From Trichoplax adhaerens (Eukaryota; Animalia; Placozoa), in NCBI RefSeq assembly GCF_000150275.1, contig NW_002060944.1, forward strand, positions 6,733,102-6,797,101: DNA of 64,000 bases, in the 5' to 3' direction. This document shows positions 53,901-64,000 of this stretch, piece after piece. How positions within the stretch are numbered: position 1 is the first letter of the stretch; every line of letters starts with the position of its first letter. Made by a program: the position numbers and the translations under genes. Under the pieces are notes generated by a model. The model was not told the origin of the DNA and ran no database searches. It saw nothing but the letters and a program-made list of their open reading frames with translations.

Positions 53901-56900
53901 AAGCCTAATAATATACGCTAATAATATTCTATTAAAATTAAAATTAATCAAGGACGAAAAGAATCGTAAGAAAGATCTAACTGCTAAAATGGGAAGGGCT
54001 TTAAAACACTATTGTGACAGTATTACTGATGTACGATCAGAGGATCAACCTGCCAATCGGCAGGTAAATGCTCCAGATGAAAATTCAGGCTATCAAGTCG
54101 GTAAGGATTTGCAAGGAATTCCCACTACACAAATTGTTGAAGGTTATTATGGTAAAAGCACACCGATTTGCGATCATCAAAGTTGTGCTATGGAATCATC
54201 TGCATTAAGTCAGTCAAACAAGAGAGAAGAAGATGGTGATAGTCAAACTGAATTCTATATACGAACTTTCCAATCTTCGTCTTTATCGTGCAATCACAAT
54301 CAAGAAGAAGAACAACAACAACTACCAAATCTGGTAGATCCTAATGAAGTCCAAATATTTCCGTGTCGCGTTCCAATTGGTCCTCGAGATCCACCACAGA
54401 GCAAAAATAAATTTGCAAAGTTAAGACGCCTGATGCCATGGGTCAGTACTGATTATCGATATTAATTCTATCCCTGAGATTAATGATATCGACTTTTTAT
54501 TTCATTCCTCCTGGAAATATGAAAATATGCAAGTTTAGATTTGCCATTAGTATAAAGTAATTGACATCTATTTTTTGATACTACAACTACTAAGAGATCT
54601 ATGCTAATATTGGCAATCACTATACGCATTTTTATCTTTTACCATCCTAAATCAGTCTCAGTAAATCCTGTTAAATGATATAATTACAATTAACTCATAT
54701 AGTAAATCACGAAACGTAAGATCTTACAATTTTTATAATAAGTAGTTCACAAACTGTAGTGTATCAGTATTCAAATAGCAGAGAAATTTAAATTTACATT
54801 CATTTCCATCGTTTATCGTATATATTTAGAAGTCAAAACAGAAATGGCAAGCAATACGTCGAAAATATTGGATTTGCCCCGAAGAAGTGAATAACCCTAA
54901 CTGGCTAACAAGACATCGGAATCATTCCTTGCTCATACTACCTAAAGAAAATAGGTTAGAATTTTGTAAATAATACTATTTCGGTTTCTTGAAAAAAATA
55001 CTCCCTGTTGCAGTATTGGAGTATTGGAAATTATTCTTATGACTATTTCTCTTAACCAATATTTTTAGTAACTACAGCAATTATGATGGAACAAGTTAAT
55101 AAATATCTGATTATTTGATTCATTTACTAGCCTTTTGTTTTTAAATATCAACTTATACACGCTTTTTGGAGATAATGTCAACCTAATCTTTTTGCGATCT
55201 TAATTATACGTACTTATATATCAAATATTTTTATAACACAATAATTAAACGTTATTTAGACAGAGAATAAATTAATTAAGCATATTAATTTATCGTTATT
55301 TCCAGGCTTAGTTAAAGCAGTGTTAAATCAAAGTATGATAAAATACAAAGTCTATCAAAAAAATTACCAAAGTTGACCTAAACAATTCTAATTCAGGTTT
55401 CGGAAATGGTGTAAAAATGTGGTTAAAAATCCCTACTTCGATCGTATTATATTGGTAGTTATCATTTTTAACTGCGTTACATTGGCCATGGAAAGACCAG
55501 GAATAGATCCGAATAGTATGGTATGTAGAATGAAAGCAATAAGCATTATTGAAATAATTTCGTCTCATCTGCGAGATATACTGTACTAATAAATGAAATT
55601 TTGCAAAATTTGTCTTTACATGAAATTTTATTCTGTACGGTATATGAGCATTTCAGGTAATAGAGTAAAATAAATTTTAAAATTAAATTCTATACTACTA
55701 GGAAAGGCATTTCTTAAACTTGATGGTTATCATCTTTACCTTCATCTTTACAAGCGAAATGATAATCAAGGTTGGTTGTTTCTCTCTGCTTCGTTTAAAC
55801 TAAATTAGTACGGTAGTGTCAGTCCTAATGATGCTTATTGCTGGATTGTAGGTTCTAGCTTTGGGCTTAGTAACCGGCGATAAAAGCTATTTGAGAAATG
55901 GCTGGAACGTTCTTGATTTACTTTTGGTTATTATTTCATGGGTGGATCTAATTATAACATATACTGGTGGTGCCTCTAATATCTTGGGAGTTTTACGGAT
56001 ACTACGTGGATTTCGCACCTTACGTCCACTCAGGTAAATGATAATTAACGATTAATTCTTAACGGCTTCCTTCCCCGATTTCCTTGTGATTGAATACTAT
56101 CAAGATATCTAACCTATATGGACTATCTGACCAATTAGATCAAATTTATAGATAATTTTTTATGAATATGAATGTCTTATGTAGACTCGTTCATGTATAG
56201 CAAGCACACGTTGGAAATTGCTATTTTTGGAGTAGCTATTACAATAGCCTTTTAAGCTTCATACTGTAATCCATATTTGGAAAAGCAGCTCCAGCTAGTG
56301 GATATTATCACATTTATAGTACATCTAAAATACAATTAAGAAGAATTAGCTTGGTTATACTAACCTCCTTATATTACTGACCTAGTGAAGGGATTGTGTT
56401 AGAGCTTTTCTTAATCATAGGTGTATAGCATTATTTACCAACTAGATTATTTTGTTTCATTATCTATCGACCTAACTATTCCATTCTTAATTTATCTAAT
56501 AGAGTTATTAATCGTGCTCCTGGATTGAAGCTGGTCGTTCAAACGCTATTCTCTTCCTTGAAAGCTATTGGCAACATTGTTATAATATGTGTAGCTTTCT
56601 TTGTTATTTTTGGTATTTTAGGAGTTCAGGTAATTACGATTTAATGCTGCGAGCAGCGATAGAGTTTATCATAATAAGAAATAATATTTAATAGACAGAA
56701 TATCAACAACATCCATTAGCTCTAATATGTTATATACTGGTAAAATGAATTATTTATCAGATAGTTATATCCAATTTTCTAAATAGAAGAAAAATTCTCT
56801 TGTTACAGTCCAAATTTTGTCCTAATGTAGCAATGCCGGTAGAATTAATCTTGACATAGTAATTTTGACAACATTAATATCAATATGAGTCCGCAGATAT

Positions 56901-59900
56901 GTTAGATTTAGTTATTTTAAAAGTTGGCAATGCTAGGCTACGGTTTGATAATTATAAGCTTGATATCAAGTTATAATTTTTAAATAAGTTAGTTTAGCTA
57001 ATATTAAAATGCTAACATGGGTGAGAAATATTGCATTTATTACTTTAAGAAATACTAGAGAGCAATAATTATAACGTAGTAATCTTGTTACTGAATTTGT
57101 TCCATAAATATGCTAAATTAGCTATAATATTTATTGAACATTGATAGAATTAGCAATTAACAACACCTTTGTTAATATGGATATCACTTTTTAAATCGCA
57201 ATATTTAGTTGTTTAGCGGCAAATTTTACTACTGTAAAGCTACTGATGATGTGGAAAATAAGACTCAGTGCGTTGAGCAATATGGACTATCAGAATGGGT
57301 TAATCGACCGTATAACTTTGATGATTTAGTCAATGTAAGTACTTTTATAGTATATTTAAGGGTTCTCTATTATCCTCATGATATATTCACAAAGATCATG
57401 CTTTAATTTATTTCACTAACTAAACTAACACCCAAGTTACTACTTTTGAACTGTTTAGGCTTCTCTATCACTTTTTGTCATTAGTAGTAAAGACGGCTGG
57501 ATGGATATTACATATCATGGCATTGATGCCCGAGGTGTTGATTTGCAAGTAAGTTCTAAAAGCTTAAACAGTGACATTATTAATGATCTTCATCGCCAAT
57601 GATTATTGAAGCTAATTTTATATAAATTATTACTTCATGAAGAAGGTTGCAAATTTTTGCAAAGCTTGTAATCTTTTTTCGTTGTCAAGATAATTTTACG
57701 ATTAGCTTCACATACTAAATATTACCATTTCGAATATACTTATTTGATTTATCCCTGTATGATGTTTTGATTAGCCAAAGAAGAATCATAACGTTGTGGT
57801 CTTACTCTATTTCATCTCCTTCCTTTTATTGGTTGGATTTTTCGTATTAAATATGTTTGTTGGAGTAGTAGTTGAAAATTTTCATAAATGCCAGGAGGAA
57901 CATGAGCGAAGACAGCGAGAAAAGAAAAGAAATAGAAAGTTACAACGAGCTAAAAAGAATCAAAATAAAGCAAATGCTAAGAGTGTGTCCCAGATATTTT
58001 GCATAGTATAAGTTCTCAACTTAACGGAAGTTAGAGAACAATTTTATAGTATAGCCCTATTAAAGCTGTTTGCCTAATTCTAATCAGTCATGATCGCCAC
58101 AATTAACTTTAACTTATTCTATTTTAGAAGTTATAATTAAGAAGAAAGTAAAAGAGAAGAAAAAAAATCATATACCACCAGTGGAAGATTATCCAGCGTG
58201 GCGTCGAAAGTTATACCGATTCTGTGTTCATCGTTATTTCGACATTACTATTACCATTGTGATTGCAGTTAATATTATTTTTATGGCGACTGAGCACTAT
58301 AAAATGTCTCAGGTAATCTATAACTATAACATTACAGACCACTTAACTGCAAATAGCATTAGTTATCTTAGCCAGGATACTGATTAAATATTATAACCTC
58401 TGCAATTATCTAGGCTTGGGAAGAAGTCCATAAATATGCAAATTATTTCTTCACTGTTGTCTTTACATTGGAAGCTGTAATCCATTTAGTGGCATTTGGT
58501 GTTGTATATTATTTCAGAGATCGGTAAGATTAAATATTAAATGATGGATAGAATAAAATGGTAGCTAATGTTTTCACTTGGCATCTACGTATATTATTGC
58601 TCTCTTATATTCGTTTCCTATATTAAAATTGACAATTTTTTACAATAATTGGTGTTCAGTATTTACTTTAAAATCAGTTTAGATTAAAAATTTAAAGTCT
58701 TATTTTTCAAAGTTGGTGCGCTAAGAAGTAATAAAAGTGATCATAGTAATTATTTAATTGATTCGTATGTAGTATACTTCATTATTATTTCTATTCGCAT
58801 TTGATGTAGGTGGAATATCTTTGACCTGTTAATCGTTATACTAAGTTGGACTGGTATTATTATCGAAAGCCAGGTCCTTAGCAATCCAACAATTAATCCT
58901 ACTATTATTCGAGTCATGAGATTGTTAAGAATTGTACGAAGTAAGTATATCAAAACATTATCTTAAAATTGCTATCTCTTTAGTTAAGGTCCTTTTCATA
59001 ACGATAATTAGAGTAAAGCCTTCATCTTGGAGATTCTCTCCGTTGAAATCTAGACTTTCGATTGTCTATATCGTTATGTATCGTGTATTCAGTTTGTTAT
59101 ACTATAACATTCATATTCTGGAATATTGAAAAATTAATTAATCTTATAATAATTCTAATTCTGTCTGTTATAACTGTTAACTTGCGCCATATTTTGTATC
59201 GCAGTATTGAAACTAATTAAAGCAGCAAAGGGTATCCGATCTCTCTTACGAACGATTATGAATGCAATGCCACAGGTATTTATTAGTTCTTAGCGATATA
59301 CTCGTATTGAATTATAGATGATACGCTGCTACGATCCGAATTAGAATCCATGTTAAAACAAAATATTTCCATATTTAGGTGGTCAATTTGGGTATGCTAT
59401 TTTTTCTATTATTCTTTATATTTGCTGCGCTCGGTATTGAATTGTTTGGCCGTTTAGGTAAATTATTTCAGTCATTTTCTAGTATACTTTTCCATCATTT
59501 AGCTAGGAGTATAGTTTTGTTCAACCGGTGCATACATTAGACTTAATATCATATTCTATTTGTTTAGATTGTACAACGGACAATCCTTGTAATGGTTTAA
59601 GTCAGCACGCTAATTTTAAAACATTTGGCATGGCTATGTTGACATTATTTCGTATTGCAACGGGTGATAACTGGCAAGGTATTTTACAGGTTGGTATATA
59701 GTCATCCATTCTTAGTACTCCAAAATAAAAGTAAAATTATTTTGCATAAATAATATGAGTATTATGTTATATACTAATGCATGAAATGTTTTACGGTATG
59801 AATATTATCAATAAACCCGTCAGAAGTATATATATATATATAGCGTGCTACTAGTTTGACATGATAATCTTGATAATCATTTAATTTTCCCTTCTATTAG

Positions 59901-61096
59901 GATACTTTAAGAGAGAATTGCGATAGGAGTGAAAATTGCCAGCAAAATTGTTGCTCCAACCCTATCTTGTCTTCATTATTTTTTGTGATCTTCGTTTTAG
60001 CAGCTCAATACGTCTTAACCAATGTTGTCGTCGCTGTCCTGATGAAACATTTAGAAGAATCTGACGAGAAAGAAAACAACGATCTCGATCCCGGTAGTAG
60101 TAGCGCAAAGGAAAGCCAAGGTTTAGATGATGGAATGACTGAATCCAATAATTATTATCCACCAGGCTTAACAGATATCCACCTGTCATCTAACCATAAA
60201 AATTTAGATAAAATTGGAGAAGATTATACAACGCATCAATTCGATCAAAATCATACCCTTAAATCACCTCTACCCTATCAAAATAAATATGCTCGAATTA
60301 CCGTCAGCCGATCAATCACAGCTATCGTACCTCAAAAATCTACATTAGATCAAGCTGAAAATGAAGTTGTTATGCAAGATAAATTTCAAGTCCACGACAT
60401 TAGGACTAAATCATCCTATCCATTAGATGATCATGACGATGTAGAAGATCAGATGGAATTAACGGCTTCCATTCATTGTGAAAATCGGAAATTACATCGA
60501 CAAGGACAAAATAGCGATGATGGTCATCCATATCTACAGCAACATTCACCTTTATTTAGACATCAATCTTACGAGTCCAATTGCCACCATGGATCGATTC
60601 AGAGTGATTTTAATAGTTTTAGCAACTTGTCATCTGATACTAGCTCCTTTTCTGAAAATCCATTGAAAAGTAACAATAGTAAAGATAATCCAACGAGAGA
60701 CCGTATTTATACAGCGGATGATCTAAATCGAATTCTATCAAAAAAGAGAAAATCGGTAATTATGATTCTTTCGTGATAGGCCTTTTTGTTTATACGCAGT
60801 GCAGATGTTGTAAAAATGTATACAATATAAAATGTAGATAAATAAATTATATTAACAGTTGAAACTGTTGGTTTTTTCAGCTAAAACGTAGCAATAGTTG
60901 GGATTTCAGTTTCACCTCGGAATTCAGCAATCATCGACGCTACCCATGTTCTAAGAAAAAAACTATCTATCCTTTTCATTATCCGTCTACTAAATTATCT
61001 AAAGATGATAGCACGATACCTGATCAACCTATGGTCGTTATTGCTAAAGAGAAAAAGGTCACATTACCTCGAAAAATGATTCAAACATTAGTATAA
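47904..61096 (+). CDS. Cav3: T-type (low-voltage-activated) voltage-gated calcium channel alpha-1 subunit, Cav3 family (homolog of CACNA1G/H/I); 28 exons, about 2030 aa from Met at 47904, N-terminus possibly extended by an upstream exon
   Basis: Hand-spliced exons: 47904-48289, 48651-48905, 49147-49241, 49413-49581, 49860-50145, 50453-50545, 50735-50988, 51258-51885, 52263-52414, 53102-53405, 53523-53684, 53953-54441, 54830-54954, 55397-55520, 55702-55770, 55852-56033, 56503-56629, 57209-57334, 57459-57548, 57775-57982, 58128-58312, 58414-58523, 58810-58940, 59205-59275, 59379-59457, 59568-59689, 59901-60755, 60881-61096 (6093 nt, frame intact). Four S4 segments ([61 protein letters not shown]). 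Filter loops TLEAW/TQEDW/SKDGW/TGDNW = EEDD. Cav3 signatures [35 protein letters not shown]. No AID or IQ motif was seen. Confidence 0.96.
48290..48650 (+). other. U12-type (minor spliceosome) AT-AC intron, 361 nt, in Cav3 just before domain I S1
   Basis: 5' site ATATCCTTTC at 48290, branch point CCTTAAC at 48630-48636, terminal AC at 48649-48650. Removal restores KLSQWR|[18 protein letters not shown]. Confidence 0.93.
53837..53862. repeat. (TA)13 microsatellite in a Cav3 intron
   Basis: Read directly from the sequence. Confidence 0.9.
60881..61096 (+). CDS. Cav3: Terminal coding exon of Cav3 (71 aa, ends ...[11 protein letters not shown]), absent from the ORF track
   Basis: Donor TCG|GTAATT at 60755/60756 and acceptor gttttttcAG at 60879-60880, both phase 0. 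The 72-codon frame is open through AT-rich DNA to TAA at 61094-61096. Confidence 0.75.
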   Translation, partial: LKRSNSWDFSFTSEFSNHRRYPCSKKKTIYPFHYPSTKLSKDDSTIPDQPMVVIAKEKKVTLPRKMIQTLV

Positions 61097-63619
61097 TACA
61101 TCTGGATAAATTTAATCAATATCAAGATTATAAAGGTTACAATTTTAAAGATAATCTCTGCATTTCAATATGAATTATTATACTGATGTAGAACAGCTTG
61201 TACGTTATGGTAATTCTATCATCTTAATGGCCTAATTGAACATAATTTTCTGAAAAAAGACCATACTGATCCTAGTTTAGTATTGCTAACTAAGCTAGTA
61301 ACACCAATAAGAGTAAACTTTGTCAAATTTGGTTCTATTATAATAATTGGGGCTAAGTATGGAGAAAATTATGGTCATGTCTTAAAGATTAAAGCTATAA
61401 CTGATCGTTTAAGCCAAATTAACTTTGTTTTATTCGATTTTATATGAGCAATATGAGTTTAAATTGATAGTTTACTAGTCTAACTGTGTTGTTACTACTA
61501 TTTTACCGAGAGTCAACAAAAATTATTATTATTTCGTTTTATTGCATTATAAATTGTATTATTATACCGCTATGGGATTTACTATAGGAAATTTGTGACT
61601 TTCCTACAATCAAAATAGGATTTTTTTCTTTTCGATATTAGCAAATAAAGTCCTTCGCTATAGTATATTATTTGCATGAAAACAGGAGTTAGTGGATAGC
61701 ATATCTTTAACAGGACTTTAACCTATTGCTAATTCTACAAGTATATTGACCAAGTATATTGATTTTAGATTGTCCTATCCGATTTAAAGACTATACTGCA
61801 TATGTATGCTAGCACAATTAATGTTGTGATGCATGATTTGAATGTAAAAAAATTGACTAAATCGGCTTTATCTATTTTTCATATCGCTTTCATCATAAAG
61901 TATTGAAAATTAAACTGTTTCAACTTCTTTAGATGATGTAACAGATATATTTAAGCATTTTGTTATTTTATCATACAACAATAACTACCATGTATTATGG
62001 CTTCAATCTACTTTTGAAATGATCGTACTATTGGAATTACATCTTATATTTCAATTTTAATGAGGTCAACTGTTTCAATTTTAAACTCTTTCTTGCTGTA
62101 CTAGTGGGTACTATGTCCGTAAAAAGTATCTAGAAAAAAATGAACTTGCTAGTAATACTCGATGTCAAACATTGACCTATTACAATATTTCAAGTTTTTA
62201 TAGCTATTAATTTCTGTGTTTAATAGAATAATTTTATATGCGTACACAGTATATAGAATACCATTTTGGGAATGGATGATATTTTTATCATCATAATAAA
62301 AATTGAACATTTATTATTGTTATTCGGCATTCAACTTTAGGAAAATACAGCTGTTGTGTATGTAATTACGTTACCTAGTGAATTATGATAGCAAAAGACG
62401 AAGTATTGTGGTGCCAATTAGCTCTCTATTATTTACTCAAAAGACAATTTTGAGCACCAAATATTGATAGAGCATATTTATTGAATACGAACATAGATTA
62501 TGCTTTTATTATTTACTCGTTAATAGTACTTACTAGCATTGATAAATAATTGTATCAAGTGACAAATCTTATGAAACTTTACGATACGAGTAAGGCTATA
62601 TTAAAGTATGAACGACTAACATGATTAGTTTCTCTATTTTGTTTCTTTTTTGATTTGAATAAGTTATATTGATATCAGTCATTTTAAGTGAACGTTCATT
62701 AATTTCTTTCTATGATTAGCGTTTTCGGTTATTGCAATTAATTGCTAAATTGATACAATGGAGAAAATGAAATAGAATTTTGATCTGATAGCTTGTTATC
62801 TGAGCTTGGCATTTTCACACTTTTCCTAATCTATGATATTAACCTTGTTTCTATTTTACTTATTCAGAAAGATATCTTCTTTCGAAGGCTTTAACTACGT
62901 TTTATACCACACTAAGATAAAGCATTTGTAGTTGCAAAGAAGTAAAAAGCTTATTTTAAGATGTCAATTACGGTTGAAGGGATATTTCAATTTATAGCTC
63001 TATTATTATAATACATAATAGCGATTGTTATAAACATAGATATACGCAATGAATAATCGTTGAAATTATTTATCTTATCTAGATCGAGTGGCTCATTAAC
63101 ATTATTTACTGTATCAATAGCTGCAGCTTCTCGATGTAGCTTTGAAAATTGATATCGAAACGGTCGATCCATAGATTAATGCTCATATGTAATTACTAAG
63201 TTGGGAAGGTTCTTTATTCAACGTGAGTAATTTACTTATAACAGATCGAGTTCGAGTATATTATGTATTTTTATACGCGTAGAAGATAACATATCCTATT
63301 CATTTCTACATAAGCCAATGATCAGCTCATTCTCCATTTGTTTACATTTTCTTATTCGTACAAAATCAGGGGATATCGTGTTAGTAGCAATTTTCCATCT
63401 AGTTTTAATGAATAATTATAGGAAATTAACATCCAAGAGGTTTATTTATAGATTAAGAATTGAAGTTGGAGCTGAGGAAAAAGAAGTTTCGACAGCGATA
63501 GTTGAAAATGCACTCCAATGCCGTCACTGATTGCTACAAATCGAGTAACGACGAAAATTAACTTTACCATACTGCTAGAAATGACTAGGTGAACTACACA
63601 AAACTAAACCCGAACCTTA

Positions 63620-63755
63620 TTTAAAAAAATTAACCAATTTATAGTACAGTATGAGCAATGAGAGGAGGAGTATCGTTCAATTAAAAAAAATTAACCAAGT
63701 TATAGTACAGTAACATAAACATTTGTAATGGGGGAGTATTGTTAAATAGAAATAA
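63620..63755. repeat. Short tandem duplication (about 61-bp spacing, 2 copies)
   Basis: ttaaaaaaa(a)ttaaccaa.ttatagtacagta at about 63621 and 63681, each followed by aatg.g..ggagtat.gtt.aat. Confidence 0.75.
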
Positions 63756-64000
63756 AAGTGTGTAGCGATTTATTAAATTATGCAATATGTATAATAATGC
63801 CAAGGATAAATCGTTAGTGGTAGTAACAGTAGCTTTTCAATGTCGTGTTGAACATTCATTTTACAGCGTTAATCTAATATGGATTAACGCTTATAGAAAT
63901 CAGCTCGTAAAAGTTTTACCAAGTATAGCACATTGACTTATAATCAATCGGCCTCAAGCCGATTATTACAGGGTTTATCAAGTCGCCATGGAGACTTTTT

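Noticed and set aside
49856-60666. Antisense or alternate-frame ORFs overlapping Cav3 exons (49856-50107, 55323-55568, 58750-58953, 59962-60189, 60478-60666)
   Set aside because: They are shadow ORFs of real + strand exons with no independent coding evidence.
60800-60841. Alternative acceptor at 60799 giving a Cys-rich tail [13 protein letters not shown]
   Set aside because: It needs a 44-nt intron, shorter than any other intron modelled here (minimum 66 nt). Not supportable without reads.
61100-64000. Short ORFs downstream of Cav3 (62987-63172, 63318-63530)
   Set aside because: No recognisable motifs or coherent exon chain. Treated as 3' UTR or intergenic DNA.

Overview
AT-rich, intron-rich animal genomic DNA; the short GT-AG introns and the single Cav3-type channel suggest an early-diverging invertebrate, most plausibly a placozoan such as Trichoplax (inference, not proven). 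Two genes can be spliced by hand on the + strand. (1) DPH7/WDR85 diphthine methylesterase: 8 exons, 4256-6889, about 358 aa. (2) A four-domain T-type voltage-gated calcium channel (Cav3, EEDD filter): 28 exons, 47904-61096, about 2030 aa from the first visible Met. The channel has a clear U12-type AT-AC intron (48290-48650), a terminal exon missed by the ORF track that ends in a class I PDZ ligand (QTLV), and a candidate first coding exon about 30 kb upstream (17389-17515) with a KVRF PP1-docking-like motif. A probable signal-peptide exon of a third gene runs off the left edge on the - strand. A young 233-bp x5 tandem array sits just upstream of DPH7. The 41 kb between the two genes has no convincing ORF and contains many unrelated degenerate local tandem arrays. 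No CRISPR array, rRNA, tRNA or transposase was seen.
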